Shown: piece after piece, positions 22,631 through 33,827 of the stretch
Layout: each line of letters opens with the position of its first letter
Numbering within the stretch: the stretch's first letter is position 1
Assembly (NCBI RefSeq): GCF_965214355.1
Contig: NZ_CBDCBI010000001.1
Coordinates: 9,587 to 73,586 of the forward strand
DNA length: 64,000 bases
Reading direction: 5' to 3'
Source of the DNA: Novosphingobium sp.
GTDB lineage: Bacteria > Pseudomonadota > Alphaproteobacteria > Sphingomonadales > Sphingomonadaceae
The notes under the pieces: generated by a model
The model's input: the letters and a program-made list of their open reading frames with translations, nothing else
Told to the model about the DNA's origin: nothing
Databases searched by the model: none
Program-made: the position numbers and the translations under genes

Positions 22631-23125
22631 TTACCACCACTGGCTGCCGGGCTCGCCCTTGAACGGGCCGGCTACGTCCGGCGTGATCCAGCCACCGTAG
22701 AACTGTCCGGATTGCGCAATGACCTGCTGTCCATCGACGGTGCACAGGTCCAGCGGGCCTGCATAAAACGCGACATGATCGCGCAGCAACCGGAATGCAC
22801 GGGTGGGATCAGGATAGCTCCAGGCGATGTCTTTCAACCGGCGATCCCCGATCACCAGATCATGATAGACTGCATGGCCCTTCCACTCGCAAAACGATCG
22901 GCGTGCCGAAGGCTGCAGCACCCTCGGCGTGATGTCGTCGGGCGGAAGATAATAGCTGGGCGGATGACTGGTCTCGAGCGTGCGCACCGCACGCCGGGTG
23001 TCTGCCACGACCATGCCGCCATGCATGACGCGGATGTGGCGCGGCGAAAGCTCGGCGATCGCGGGGCGGGGGTAGCGCCACACGCTTTCCTGGCCGGGGC
23101 GGGGCGGGTCGGGAACGGGTGTCAT
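22631..23125 (-). CDS. DUF427 family protein
   Basis: QESVWRYPRP, LETSHPPSYYLP, SFCEWKGHA and FYGGWITPDVAGPFKG; ATGA overlap with the upstream gene. Confidence 0.85.
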   Translation of the reverse strand: MTPVPDPPRPGQESVWRYPRPAIAELSPRHIRVMHGGMVVADTRRAVRTLETSHPPSYYLPPDDITPRVLQPSARRSFCEWKGHAVYHDLVIGDRRLKDIAWSYPDPTRAFRLLRDHVAFYAGPLDLCTVDGQQVIAQSGQFYGGWITPDVAGPFKGEPGSQWW

Positions 23126-23481
23126 GTGCGAAGCCAATCCTGCAGGCGAGGGCGAACTTTCAGAAAGCGGCGATACGTCCATTCCAGCACCCGCAGCGCG
23201 AACGGGTGCCGTGCGAGCAGACCCAGAGGGCGTAAAAGCGGAATTGCGCGCCACATGGCGGCGAACGCCGCAGCGCCGGACAGCAGCCGGCCATCCTCCA
23301 TTGCGTGAAACCGGGCCAGCAACGCCGATCGATCGATCGGGCACGCGGTCGCCTGATCCGCCGCATCGACAAATTGAATGGCACCGCGCCTGTCGAGACG
23401 CCGCATCAGGGCAATCTCGCGCGCGCACAGCGGGCATGCGCCATCATGCCACACGGTGATCCGTCCCGGCGTTGTCATCAT
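23122..23481 (-). CDS. DCC1-like/DUF393 thiol-disulfide oxidoreductase family protein
   Basis: WHDGACPLCARE (CxxC) and YRRFLKVRP. Confidence 0.85.
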   Translation of the reverse strand: MMTTPGRITVWHDGACPLCAREIALMRRLDRRGAIQFVDAADQATACPIDRSALLARFHAMEDGRLLSGAAAFAAMWRAIPLLRPLGLLARHPFALRVLEWTYRRFLKVRPRLQDWLRT

Positions 23482-23715
23482 GACGGCACGGCCGCGCTCG
23501 CCGGGGTTATCGTCGCTCATGCTTCAATTGCCGTTCCAGTCCGCGCCGCACACAGCAGGCCGCGGTCTCGCGCCGACATTACCAGATATCGCGCGCCGAA
23601 AAGCCGATATGTGTCGTGTGTGCACCAAGGTGAAGTGCCGGGTTGGCCACCCTGGTGTGCCATGCGGCAAACCAAGGCGCTTGACCGCCGTATGATATCG
23701 GTGCCATCGTTGCCA

Positions 23716-23729
23716 AGGTAGCGGTACCA
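23716..23729. promoter_or_regulatory. XylR (LacI-type) operator 1
   Basis: AGGTAGCGGTACCA upstream of the GH3 gene; near match to WGRTAGCGCTAYCW. Confidence 0.65.
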
Positions 23730-23760
23730 AAGATGCCGCAAACGGGTGGGTGAAAGCAGC

Positions 23761-26292
23761 ATGTCGCGACGGCTTGACGGCATTTTCTTGTATTCGGTAT
23801 GGGCGACCCTGGCGTTCTGCGTTGCGGCGCCCGGCTGCGCGCAAGCCGGTGACGCGGCAACACCCTCCGCCGCTTCCGCGCAGCGCGGCGCAGGCATTGC
23901 GCATCCGCAGATATGGCCAAAGTATCACTGGCCGGTCGTACCGGATGATCGCGCCGAAGCCAGAATTAAAGACCTGCTGTCACGCATGACCCTCGAGGAA
24001 AAAGTCGGGCAACTGGTTCAGGGCGACATCGCCTTCACCACGCCTGATGACGTGCGCAAATACCACCTTGGCTCCGTGCTGAGCGGGGGCAGCAGCGGGC
24101 CTTATGGCAACGATCTGGCGCCCGCCCCCCAATGGCTGAAACTGGCGGACGAATACTGGTCCGCATCGACCGATACCGCGCATGGGGGGGTCGGCATCCC
24201 GGCCTTGTGGGGGATCGATGCGGTGCACGGCCATTCCAACATCATCGGCGCGACGCTGTTTCCGCACAACATCGGCCTTGGCGCGGCGCACGATCCCGCA
24301 CTGATCGAACGGATCGGCGCCGCTACTGCTGCGGAAATCCGCGTGACCGGGCAGGAATGGACTTTTGCACCCACCGTCGCCGTTCCCCAGGATTATCGCT
24401 GGGGCCGCGCTTATGAAGGGTATTCGTCCGATCCTGCGCTGGTCTCTGCCTATGTCGGCGCCATGGTGCGCGGATTGCAGGGCCCGCCTGCGCAGACTGA
24501 TCTGCTGGCCCATGGCAAGGTCCTGGCATCGACCAAGCATTTCCTGGCCGATGGCGCCACGACCAATGGCGTGGACCAGGGTGATGCCGCGATCAGCGAA
24601 ATCGACTTGCGCGATATTCACGGCGCACCCTACGGGCCGGCAATCGAAAACGGCGTCGGCACTGTCATGGCCAGTTTTTCCAGTTGGCAGGGGCACAAGA
24701 TGACCGGCAACGCCAGCCTGCTGACCGGTGTGCTCAAACAGCGCATGGGCTTTGGCGGCTTCGTCGTTTCTGACTGGAACGCGCATGGCCAGGTCGAAGG
24801 ATGCACCAACGCCGCGTGTCCGCAGGCGCTGGTGGCGGGCATCGATATGTACATGGCGCCGGACACCTGGAAAAGCGTGTGGGAAAATCTGGTCACCGAG
24901 ACCCGCGCCGGGCACATTGCGATGGCACGGGTCGATGATGCGGTGGCGCGTATCCTGCGAGTCAAATTCCGGGTGGGCCTGTTCGATGCGCCGCGTCCCT
25001 CGGCCCGTCCGTTGTCGGGCGACTGGGCGCTGCTGGGCGCGCCCGACCACCGCGCGATCGCACGCGAAGCCGTGCGCAAATCGTTGGTACTCTTGAAAAA
25101 TACCGGCGTGTTGCCGTTCAGGCCTGGTATCCGGTTACTGGTGGCGGGCGACGCCGCCAACGATATCGCGCGCCAGTCGGGCGGATGGACGATCAGCTGG
25201 CAGGGGACCGGGCTCACCAATGCCCAATTCCCCGGCGCGACGTCATTGTGGCAGGGTCTGGCGCAAGCGGCGCACACGATAGGCGGCACCGCCGAACTGT
25301 CCCCCGATGGCCAGTTTACCACGCGCCCCGACGCCGCCGTGGTGGTCTTTGGCGAAAAGCCCTATGCAGAATTTCAGGGCGATCGCGCCTCGTTGCAGCT
25401 CGATGCGGACCTGACCGCGCCATGGGCCACGATCCGCCGCCTGAAAGCGGCCGGCATCCCGGTGGTCGCCGTCATGCTGACTGGTCGTCCGCTGTATGTG
25501 AATCCGGCGCTTAACCTGGCTGATGCGTTTGTCGTGGCCTGGTTGCCCGGCAGCGAAGGCGAAGGCCTGGCCGACGTGCTGTTTGGCGATTCGCGGGGCC
25601 GACCCCGTTTCGGGTTTAGCGGCACGCTGCCGGCAAACTGGCCGCTCAAGGCGCAGATCGCGGACGGTGTACTGTACCCGCGCGGCTACGGGCTTACTTA
25701 TGCCAGCAGCAACCGGCAGTGGGCGCCGCTGGCCGAGCTTGCCGCCACGGCGGCTGGCGGTGACAGCCGGGTGTGGTTTGCCAATGGTGTGCCGGCCGCG
25801 GGCTGGTCGCTGCGGGTGGGATCGCCCGGCGACGATCAGACCCGGATCAGCGCTGTCCCGGCAAAGGCGCTGGATGGACGGATGACGATCGCTGCCACCG
25901 ACTTCAAGGTCCAGGAAGGCGCGCGGCGGTTTACCGTCACGGCGGGGATCGCCAATCTGCTGCTGGATCCGCCCGGCCCGATCGATCTGGCCCGGGAGAC
26001 CAATGGCGATGCCCTCGTGCTCATGACCCTTCGCAACTTCGGCCCGGCCTTGGCCGCCCGGCTGGAAATGCGCTGCACCGGCAAAGTCTGCGGGACTGCG
26101 GTGCCGATCACCGTGCCAACCTCCGATCATTATGTCCGCTACGGCCTGCCGCTCCGCTGTTTTGCCACCCACGGCGTCGACATGCACGCAATCAGCACGG
26201 CCTTTGCGATCGGCACGTCGGGACCTGCGGATTATGCGCTGGGCGAAATCCGCATCGGCACCGATGCAGACACGGTGCTGCCGTGCCCGTGA
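23761..26292 (+). CDS. Secreted GH3 beta-glucosidase/exo-glucanase with C-terminal galactose-binding-like domain
   Basis: Signal peptide; MTLEEKVGQLVQ, WGIDAVHGH, STKHFLADG and GFVVSDWN (nucleophile Asp). Confidence 0.92.
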   Translation: MSRRLDGIFLYSVWATLAFCVAAPGCAQAGDAATPSAASAQRGAGIAHPQIWPKYHWPVVPDDRAEARIKDLLSRMTLEEKVGQLVQGDIAFTTPDDVRKYHLGSVLSGGSSGPYGNDLAPAPQWLKLADEYWSASTDTAHGGVGIPALWGIDAVHGHSNIIGATLFPHNIGLGAAHDPALIERIGAATAAEIRVTGQEWTFAPTVAVPQDYRWGRAYEGYSSDPALVSAYVGAMVRGLQGPPAQTDLLAHGKVLASTKHFLADGATTNGVDQGDAAISEIDLRDIHGAPYGPAIENGVGTVMASFSSWQGHKMTGNASLLTGVLKQRMGFGGFVVSDWNAHGQVEGCTNAACPQALVAGIDMYMAPDTWKSVWENLVTETRAGHIAMARVDDAVARILRVKFRVGLFDAPRPSARPLSGDWALLGAPDHRAIAREAVRKSLVLLKNTGVLPFRPGIRLLVAGDAANDIARQSGGWTISWQGTGLTNAQFPGATSLWQGLAQAAHTIGGTAELSPDGQFTTRPDAAVVVFGEKPYAEFQGDRASLQLDADLTAPWATIRRLKAAGIPVVAVMLTGRPLYVNPALNLADAFVVAWLPGSEGEGLADVLFGDSRGRPRFGFSGTLPANWPLKAQIADGVLYPRGYGLTYASSNRQWAPLAELAATAAGGDSRVWFANGVPAAGWSLRVGSPGDDQTRISAVPAKALDGRMTIAATDFKVQEGARRFTVTAGIANLLLDPPGPIDLARETNGDALVLMTLRNFGPALAARLEMRCTGKVCGTAVPITVPTSDHYVRYGLPLRCFATHGVDMHAISTAFAIGTSGPADYALGEIRIGTDADTVLPCP

Positions 26293-26302
26293 TCCAGGGC
26301 AG

Positions 26303-27217
26303 TCAATCCGGCGCCCTTGCAGGATGCGCAGCCATGCGGATGGTGGCGTTGAAACAGGCGCCGGCCGCGATTACCGGGACAGGCGAGGCATTCGGCAGAT
26401 TCAGCGCATTGTTTGCGTGCGGGACGGGCTCGAAGCAGAAATAGGCCTCGCCTTGCGGAATATAGACGATGGCACACGGCAATCCGGCTGTGGCTGACAA
26501 CGCCAGTCGCCAGGGCAACCCGTCCCAGCCAATGTCTGCCACGCCGTCCCAGCCTTCATAGCAGTTGTCGATGCGGCGGCCGGCAACCAGGCCGCCATCG
26601 GCGAAATCGAAATCACCGCGCGGCGGATCGCGTTGGTCGGGCAGGTGCAGGGCGGAATTGCGCCATACGGTCTGCGCACCAAACCGCAAGGTTGCGCCTT
26701 GCGCATCGAAATAGGGGTGATGGCCAAATCCCATGGGCACTGCGTGATCGGCCAGATTGCGCGCCTCCAGCTCCAACGACAGCACGCCGCCTGTCAGGAC
26801 GATGCGTTGCCGCGCAACGAAGGGCCAGGGCCAGTCTGCATTGGCGGCATGATGCATGCTCATCACCGCGCTGTCGCGCCCGATCGCGTCGAGACGCCAG
26901 CGCGCGCGCCACCCCACCCCGTGGATGGCGTGGGGTTCCGGCGCGAAATTCTTCCGAATTCGGACCGGCTGCCTATCCCAGCGGAACTGGCCATCGGCAA
27001 TCCGGTTCGAATACGGCACCAGCGGAAAACCGGCGCTGTCGACCGGCTGCGTACACGTCATGACCGAAGGAAGCGCGCTGCGCACCAGCGGTTGCCCGTG
27101 ATGGTGCCAGCCCAGCAGCATCCCGCCGGTCACCGACATCGCGATGAAACTGTCCGGCGTGCCAAGCCGGAAGACATCGCTATCCGCTGTATCGGGCACA
27201 TCGCAAAAGTTCAGCAT
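26303..27217 (-). CDS. Aldose 1-epimerase family protein
   Basis: FPLVPYSNRI, HAIHGVGW, GFGHHPYF and FCFEPVPH. Confidence 0.88.
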   Translation of the reverse strand: MLNFCDVPDTADSDVFRLGTPDSFIAMSVTGGMLLGWHHHGQPLVRSALPSVMTCTQPVDSAGFPLVPYSNRIADGQFRWDRQPVRIRKNFAPEPHAIHGVGWRARWRLDAIGRDSAVMSMHHAANADWPWPFVARQRIVLTGGVLSLELEARNLADHAVPMGFGHHPYFDAQGATLRFGAQTVWRNSALHLPDQRDPPRGDFDFADGGLVAGRRIDNCYEGWDGVADIGWDGLPWRLALSATAGLPCAIVYIPQGEAYFCFEPVPHANNALNLPNASPVPVIAAGACFNATIRMAAHPARAPD

Positions 27218-27274
27218 CTGGCGTCTGTCAAACAGACCACGATGATCCCTTTGGCTGGCACACGTTCCGCCGGC

Positions 27275-28588
27275 TCAGCAGCAATTGCTGATGATGTTTT
27301 CCAGCATTTCCTGCCGTCCCGAGCGAGGCTTGGGCGCAACGCCGTCGGCCACGGCCTTGTCGGCAATCTCGGCGAGCCCGATGCTGCCCGACAACATGGC
27401 CTGCGCCTCGGGAGTCTGCCAGCCGGCATACCGCTCGGCAATGATGCCATCGAGCTGTCCGCCCTCGATCAGCTTGGCCGCGCCGAGCAGACCGCGTGCG
27501 AGGACATCGATGCTGCCGACGTGGCCATGGAACAGATCCACCGCATCAATGCTCTGGCGCCGCACTTTGGCATCGAAATTGTTGCCGCCGGTGCCCAGGC
27601 CACCGTTCTTGAGAATATAATACATGGCCATCGTGATTTCGCGGACATCGTTCGGGAATTGGTCGGTGTCCCAACCGTTCTGCGGATCGCCGCGGTTCAT
27701 GTCGATCGATCCCAGAATGCCCAGCGATACGGCCGTTGCAATTTCGTGTTCGAAACTGTGGCCTGCCAATGTCGCATGGTTGGCTTCGATATTGACCTTC
27801 ACCTCGTTTTCCAGGCCGTGCTTCTGCAGGAATGCATACACGGTCTCGACATCGAAATCGTACTGATGCTTGGTCGGTTCGTGCGGCTTGGGCTCGATCA
27901 GGATTGTTCCGGTAAAGCCGATCTTGTGCTTGTGCTCGACGACCAGGTTCAGGAACCGGCCCAATTGCGCCTTTTCCTGCGCCAGGTCGGTGTTGAGAAT
28001 AGTGTCGTAGCCTTCGCGGCCACCCCACAGCACGTAATTATCACCATGCAGGCGATGCGTCGCCTCCAGGCACTGGCGCACTTGCGTTGCGGCAAAGCGG
28101 TACACATCGGGATCGGGATTGGTCGCGCCGCCCGCCATATAGCGCGGATGGCTGAACAGGTTTGCCGTGCCCCACAGCAACTTGACGCCGGTCTGCGCCA
28201 TCTTGCCCTCGATCTTGTCGATGATCGTGGCAAAATTGCGGACATGTTCGTCGATCGTGCCGGCCACAGCCATCACGTCGACATCGTGGAAACAGAAATA
28301 GGGCAGGCCGAGGCGCGTGAAAAATTCGAACGCTTCGTCAAGTTTGTGCTCGGCGCGCGCCTGATCGACCGGGCCGCCGTGCCACGGCCGATTGAACGTA
28401 CCGGCGCCGAACACGTCGAAGCCGTCCCAGCAGAACGTGTGCCAGTAGCACACCGCCAGACGCAGGTGATCTTCCATCGTCTTGCCCATCACCATGCGGG
28501 TCTTGTCGTAGAATTTGAATGCCAGCGGATTGGTCGAGTCCGGGCCTTCGTAGCGGATCGGTTCGATGTCCGCGAAATAACTGGTCAT
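27275..28588 (-). CDS. xylA: Xylose isomerase (class II)
   Basis: [36 protein letters not shown] and GWDTDQF; ATGA overlap with xylB. Confidence 0.97.
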   Translation of the reverse strand: MTSYFADIEPIRYEGPDSTNPLAFKFYDKTRMVMGKTMEDHLRLAVCYWHTFCWDGFDVFGAGTFNRPWHGGPVDQARAEHKLDEAFEFFTRLGLPYFCFHDVDVMAVAGTIDEHVRNFATIIDKIEGKMAQTGVKLLWGTANLFSHPRYMAGGATNPDPDVYRFAATQVRQCLEATHRLHGDNYVLWGGREGYDTILNTDLAQEKAQLGRFLNLVVEHKHKIGFTGTILIEPKPHEPTKHQYDFDVETVYAFLQKHGLENEVKVNIEANHATLAGHSFEHEIATAVSLGILGSIDMNRGDPQNGWDTDQFPNDVREITMAMYYILKNGGLGTGGNNFDAKVRRQSIDAVDLFHGHVGSIDVLARGLLGAAKLIEGGQLDGIIAERYAGWQTPEAQAMLSGSIGLAEIADKAVADGVAPKPRSGRQEMLENIISNCC

Positions 28589-30045
28589 GCTTGGCACTCC
28601 TTGAAACGGGCCTGCAGAGAGGAATACAATGAACGGAAATGGGGTTGGTGCCGGGCGAAATGTTCGACCAGGGCGGGTTCGGGTTCGATGACCCGGTCGA
28701 CCGGCGGCGGTGCGCATACAATTTCGACAGTGCCGTGGTCGACGCCGAGTTGTGCGAGCCGCGCCGCGCCATAGGCCGGCCCGACTTCGCCGCCGCGCCG
28801 ATAGGTCAGCGGCCGGTCGAGCGATGCGGCGAGCAATCGTCCCCAATAGGCCGAACGCGACCCGCCACCGATGACCGTGATGGTATCGAGCTGGCTGCCG
28901 GCATCGACCAGCGCATCGAGCCCGTCGCGAAAGGCCATGGCCACGCCCTCAAGCACGGCTTGGCCCACGACGGCTGCATCGCTGTCGTGATTGAGGCCGA
29001 ACAGCACACCGGTCGCATTGGGATCGTTGTGCGGGGTGCGTTCGCCGGACAGATAGGGCAGGAACACTACGCTTTGCGCCAGTGCGCCCCGATTTTCGAC
29101 CACGCGCAACAGCGCGGCCGCGTCGTTCAGCCCGGTCAGCCGCGCGGCCCAGTCGATACAGCTCGCAGCGCTCAGATGCACAGCCATCTGGTGCCAGCGG
29201 TTGGGCAGGGCGTGGCAGAAGGTGTGCACGCCGCCGGCAGGATTGGGCTGGTAAGTGGCATTGGCCAGGAACAGCACACCTGATGTTCCCAAGGACAGGA
29301 ATGCGTCGCCGGGCCGGACCACGCCGACACCGACCGCACCGGCGGCATTGTCGCCGCCGCCTGCCACCACCGGGACCTGGTCCATGCCCCACGCTTCGGC
29401 CAGTTCGGCGCGCAGGCGCCCGGTAATGTCGGATCCTTCGTGCAATGCGGGCATCTGGCTGCGCGTCAGCCCGGTTGCTGCCAACAGCCGATCGGACCAG
29501 TCGCGCCGGGCGACATCGAGCCACAGCGTGCCCGCCGCATCCGACATGTCCGAAGCGCAATCGCCGGTCATGCGCAGCCGCACATAATCCTTTGGCAACA
29601 GCACCATCGCAACCTGATCGAAAATCGCCGGCTCGTGTTCGCGCACCCACATCAGCTTCGGCGCGGTAAAGCCGGGCATCGCGCGGTTGCCCGAAATTGC
29701 GCCAAGGTCGGGGCAATCTGCCTCCAGCTGCACGCATTGCGCAGCAGCGCGCCCGTCATTCCACAAAATGGCGGGGCGCAGCGCACGGTGCGACCGGTCG
29801 AGCAATGTGGCGCCATGCATCTGTCCGGCAAGGCCGATGCCGCGCACGCCACGCCGGATTCCGGCCGGCAGCTGGCTGACTGCAGAATTGGTGGCAGACC
29901 ACCAGTCGGCCGGGTCCTGTTCGGACCACAGCGGATGCGGTCGCGAACTGGTCAGATCCACGCTGGCCTGTCCGACCACCGTGCCTGTTTCGTCCACCAC
30001 CACGGCTTTCACGCACGAAGTGCCTATGTCCAATCCCAAAAACAT
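28585..30045 (-). CDS. xylB: Xylulokinase
   Basis: [31 protein letters not shown] and LGTSG (FGGY kinase). Confidence 0.96.
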   Translation of the reverse strand: MFLGLDIGTSCVKAVVVDETGTVVGQASVDLTSSRPHPLWSEQDPADWWSATNSAVSQLPAGIRRGVRGIGLAGQMHGATLLDRSHRALRPAILWNDGRAAAQCVQLEADCPDLGAISGNRAMPGFTAPKLMWVREHEPAIFDQVAMVLLPKDYVRLRMTGDCASDMSDAAGTLWLDVARRDWSDRLLAATGLTRSQMPALHEGSDITGRLRAELAEAWGMDQVPVVAGGGDNAAGAVGVGVVRPGDAFLSLGTSGVLFLANATYQPNPAGGVHTFCHALPNRWHQMAVHLSAASCIDWAARLTGLNDAAALLRVVENRGALAQSVVFLPYLSGERTPHNDPNATGVLFGLNHDSDAAVVGQAVLEGVAMAFRDGLDALVDAGSQLDTITVIGGGSRSAYWGRLLAASLDRPLTYRRGGEVGPAYGAARLAQLGVDHGTVEIVCAPPPVDRVIEPEPALVEHFARHQPHFRSLYSSLQARFKECQA

Positions 30046-30073
30046 GCTTATGACTCACTTCGTCTGGCCAGCT

Positions 30074-30087
30074 GGTTAGCGCTACCA
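30074..30087. promoter_or_regulatory. XylR operator 2 (divergent xylB/xylE)
   Basis: GGTTAGCGCTACCA. Confidence 0.8.
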
Positions 30088-30201
30088 ATTGGACTTGTAC
30101 AACCTCTTTTCGTGTGCTTGTCCTCTTAACCGACACAGCCCGTTCGAATCAACGAACCGGGTCCCGCGCAAACGACGCGGCAAAACAGAGGATATCAGGG
30201 G

Positions 30202-31614
30202 ATGAGCGATCCACAGGCAGCGGTTGGCGATCAGACCAACTTACCGTTGATTGCCGCAATCGTCGGGGTGGCGACGATCGGCGGCTTTATGTTCGGGTAT
30301 GATTCGGGCGCGATCAACGGCACGCAGGTCGGGTTGCAGACTGCGTTCGGCTTGAGCGATGCGGCGCTTGGCCAATTGGTCAGCTCGCTGTTGCTGGGAT
30401 GCGCGACCGGGGCCTTCATCGCCGGGCGACTGGCCGATGTGATGGGCCGCCGCATGGTGATGATGGCCGCCGCAGTCCTGTTCACGCTGTCTGCGCTGGG
30501 CGCAGGCGCGGCGCAGTCGGCTGGCGTGTTTGCTGCATTCCGCTTTTTGGCCGGCGCTGCCGTGGGTGCTGCCTCGGTGCTGTCGCCTGCCTATATCGCC
30601 GAAGTGACGCCTGCCGGCATTCGCGGGCGGCTGTCGAGCGTGCAGCAGATCATGATCATCACCGGCCTGACCGGGGCGTTCGTCGCCAATTACCTGCTGG
30701 CGCAATGGGCCGGCAACTCGCTGCAGATCCTGCATGGTTATGCAGCGTGGCGCTGGATGTTCTGGGTGCAGGCAATCCCGGCGCTGCTGTTTCTCGGTAC
30801 GCTGCTCGTCATTCCCGAAAGCCCGCGGTTCCTGGTGTCGAAAGGCCGGATGGCCGAGGCCGAGGCCGTCATGGCCCGCTTGTTTGGTGGGGCCGCCGCC
30901 CACGCCAAAGTCCAGGACATCAACAATTCGCTAGTTGCCGACCATCGCCCGACATTTGGTGATCTGCTGGACCGTGGCACCGGTCGCGTCCGCCCGATCA
31001 TCTGGGTCGGGATCGGTCTGGCGGTGTTTCAACAGCTCGTCGGGATCAACGTGGTGTTTTATTATGGCGCGATCCTGTGGCAGGCGGTCGGGTTCAGCGA
31101 AGCGGATTCGTTCAAGGTCAATATCATCTCGGGCGCGGTTTCCATCGTCGCCTGCCTGATCGCGGTGCTGGCGGTCGATCGGATCGGGCGCAAACCGATG
31201 CTGCTGATCGGTTCGATCGGCATGACGGTCACTCTGGCCATGCTGACGTTCTGCTTTACCCAGGGCGTGTTCATCCACGGCAAACTGCAATTGCCCGCCG
31301 GTATCGGGACGTTCGCGCTGCTGTCCGCCAATGCCTATGTGGTGTTCTTCAACATCAGCTGGGGTCCGGTCATGTGGGTGATGCTGGGTGAAATGTTCCC
31401 CAACCAGATGCGCGGTTCGGCGCTGGCCGTGGCCGGCGCTGCGCAATGGCTGGCAAACTACGCCATCTCGTCCAGCTTTCCCCCTGCGGCCAAAACCCTG
31501 GGCCTACCCATAACCTATGGCTTTTACACGATTTGTGCTGCGCTATCGGCCATATTCGTGCTGCGCATGGTCAAGGAAACCAAAGGCATAGAATTGGAAG
31601 ACATGACCGGCTGA
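30202..31614 (+). CDS. xylE: MFS sugar porter, probable xylose:H+ symporter
   Basis: GGFMFGYDSGAING, PESPRFL, QQLVGINVVFYY and WGPVMWVMLGEMFPNQMRG; divergent from xylBA. Confidence 0.88.
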   Translation: MSDPQAAVGDQTNLPLIAAIVGVATIGGFMFGYDSGAINGTQVGLQTAFGLSDAALGQLVSSLLLGCATGAFIAGRLADVMGRRMVMMAAAVLFTLSALGAGAAQSAGVFAAFRFLAGAAVGAASVLSPAYIAEVTPAGIRGRLSSVQQIMIITGLTGAFVANYLLAQWAGNSLQILHGYAAWRWMFWVQAIPALLFLGTLLVIPESPRFLVSKGRMAEAEAVMARLFGGAAAHAKVQDINNSLVADHRPTFGDLLDRGTGRVRPIIWVGIGLAVFQQLVGINVVFYYGAILWQAVGFSEADSFKVNIISGAVSIVACLIAVLAVDRIGRKPMLLIGSIGMTVTLAMLTFCFTQGVFIHGKLQLPAGIGTFALLSANAYVVFFNISWGPVMWVMLGEMFPNQMRGSALAVAGAAQWLANYAISSSFPPAAKTLGLPITYGFYTICAALSAIFVLRMVKETKGIELEDMTG

Positions 31615-31634
31615 CCGGGTTCTTCATGATTGTA

Positions 31635-31686
31635 CCTGCCCGCCCGCCTTTTTTGATAGCGCTATCATAAAAGGCGGACGGGCAGG
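31635..31686. repeat. 52-bp near-perfect palindrome centred on XylR operator 3 (TGATAGCGCTATCA, 31654-31667)
   Basis: The arms cctgcccgcccgccttttttgatagc and gctatcataaaaggcggacgggcagg pair with 2 mismatches in 26. Confidence 0.85.
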
Positions 31687-31706
31687 GGAACAGCGGTGAT
31701 ACGGAT

Positions 31707-33683
31707 GTGTTCACAATGACCCTGATTGATGCTTTGCAAACCGTGTCGCTGCGTTGCCGCCAGCCGCGCCCTTCGATCTCCACAGGGTCTGCCCTCCTGA
31801 TCCCGGCCCTGCTGGCTGGGGCATCTGCCTCGGCCGCGCCGGTGCCGGGCCCGGCATGGGCCGATCACATGGTCATCCAGCGCGATGCGCCGATCGTGAT
31901 CGAGGGCACGGCCAACGCGGGCGAAGCCGTTGCCGGGTCGGTGGGAACCGACCGTGCGACTGCCACCGCCGATGCCGCCGGTCACTTCGCGCTGCACTTT
32001 GCCGCCCATGCGGCCAGCGCCACGCCGGTGCCGATCGAAATCACCGCCGGGCAGGGCACTGCGCCGATCGTGCTGCACGATGTCCTGATTGGTGATGTCT
32101 GGCTGTGCTCGGGCCAGTCCAACATGGAATATCCGCTGACACGCGCGCTCGATGGACCCAGTGTCGCCGAGGGTTCGGCCGACGCCGGTCTGCGGCTGCT
32201 GACCATCGCCAAAGCCACGAGCACTGTCCCAAAGGCTGATTTTCCTACCGCCGTAAACTGGCAGGCAGCGGCGCCGGCCAGCGTGTCGCCGTTTTCGGCG
32301 GCCTGCTATTTCATGGCACGCGAATTGCGCAAGACATCGCGTGTGCCGATCGGCGCGATCCATGCGAGCTGGGGTGGATCGCAAATCCGCCCGTGGCTGG
32401 CACCTGCGACCGGCGTGGCGCTGTACGGCTCTGCCGACATGGCGCTGTTGCGTCAGTTTCCGGGTGATCCGCTCGGCGCCGTGGCTGCCTTTGCCCCGCG
32501 ATGGGCCGATTGGTACGCCGGGGGCACCGGCGGATCGCGGCCATGGCTGGCACCCGACACACTGGCGTGGCACCCGGTCCCGAAGATCGGCTACTGGAAC
32601 GATTGGACCGGCACCCCTCTGGCGTCGCATGCTACGGGTACGGTCTGGCTGCGCCGCCAGGTCACGTTGAATGCGGCGCAAGTGAGGGCGGGCGGCACGC
32701 TAAATCTCGGCATTCTCGACGATATGGACATGACCTGGGTCAATGGCCACGCCGTGGGCAACAGTTTCGGCTGGGATTACGAACGCCGCTATCGCGTGCC
32801 GCCATCCTATCTGCACGCGGGGGCCAACGAGATCATGGTCGCCATCACCAACAGCTATGGCACCGGTGGCTTCACCAGCCCGGCCGACCATCTGCAATGG
32901 GCCGTCGAGGGGGGTACACCGCTATCGCTCGCGACGGACTGGCGCTATGCGATCGCGCCCGTCAGCAGTTATCCGCCGCGCGCGCCGTGGGATTCCAATG
33001 GCGGTATCGGCGTGATGTATAACGCCATGATCGCGCCTTTCGGCCATTTCGCGCTGAAAGGCGTGGCATGGTACCAGGGTGAAAGCGATGACGGCATACC
33101 GGGCTATGAGGCACGGCTGCGTGGCTTGATCCAGGGATGGCGCGGCCAGTTCGGATCGAGCGCGCAAATGCTGGTGGTGCAACTGGCCAATTTTGGCGCG
33201 CCCCAACTGGCCCCGACGGAATCGGGATGGGCCACCGTGCGCGAGGACCAGCGCCTGGCAAGCGTCGCAGAGCCCGACACCGCACTGGTCACTGCGATCG
33301 ATCTTGGCGAGGCGGAGAATATCCACCCGGCCAACAAGGCGAGCCTGGGCCACCGGCTCGCGCTGGCGGCCCAGGGCGTTGCGCTGCCGGTGCCGATTTC
33401 GGCCCGTCGCGAAGGGTCTGCCATCCGGGTCGTGTTTGCCGGAATCGAAGGCGGGCTGGCCGCGTGGAGCGCGGCCGCGCCGATCGGATTTGAACTGTGC
33501 GGCGCAGGCCAGTCCAGTTGTCGCTATGCCCCCGCGCGCATAGAGGGGACCAGTGTCGTGCTATCGGATGATGGCAGACCCGTCACCCGCGTGCGGCATG
33601 GCTGGGCGGGCAATCCGTTGATCAACACCCGCGACGCGCGCGGTATCCCGTTGCCCGGGTTCGAGCTTTCCGTCGGGCCATAA
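31707..33683 (+). CDS. Sialate O-acetylesterase-like (SASA domain) carbohydrate esterase
   Basis: GDVWLCSGQSNME, WGGSQI, WYQGESD, VQLANF and IHPANK; N-terminal signal-like segment; start uncertain. Confidence 0.88.
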   Translation: MFTMTLIDALQTVSLRCRQPRPSISTGSALLIPALLAGASASAAPVPGPAWADHMVIQRDAPIVIEGTANAGEAVAGSVGTDRATATADAAGHFALHFAAHAASATPVPIEITAGQGTAPIVLHDVLIGDVWLCSGQSNMEYPLTRALDGPSVAEGSADAGLRLLTIAKATSTVPKADFPTAVNWQAAAPASVSPFSAACYFMARELRKTSRVPIGAIHASWGGSQIRPWLAPATGVALYGSADMALLRQFPGDPLGAVAAFAPRWADWYAGGTGGSRPWLAPDTLAWHPVPKIGYWNDWTGTPLASHATGTVWLRRQVTLNAAQVRAGGTLNLGILDDMDMTWVNGHAVGNSFGWDYERRYRVPPSYLHAGANEIMVAITNSYGTGGFTSPADHLQWAVEGGTPLSLATDWRYAIAPVSSYPPRAPWDSNGGIGVMYNAMIAPFGHFALKGVAWYQGESDDGIPGYEARLRGLIQGWRGQFGSSAQMLVVQLANFGAPQLAPTESGWATVREDQRLASVAEPDTALVTAIDLGEAENIHPANKASLGHRLALAAQGVALPVPISARREGSAIRVVFAGIEGGLAAWSAAAPIGFELCGAGQSSCRYAPARIEGTSVVLSDDGRPVTRVRHGWAGNPLINTRDARGIPLPGFELSVGP

Positions 33684-33827
33684 CGTTCGGCCGATCTTGC
33701 TGGATCGCCTGGATAAGAACGCCGCCCCGCCCTGGTTGGGGGAAGGACGATTTTGGGCTGGCATTGAGGCGGGTTTTGGGTACGACGAAAAACCGCCATT
33801 TGTGGCACCCTCAACCCGGCTGACCGC

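Noticed and set aside
23521-23745. Short ORFs between DUF393 and GH3 (23517-23897, 23524-23928, 23579-23920)
   Set aside because: They overlap each other, the operator and the GH3 start, and have no motifs; treated as promoter DNA.
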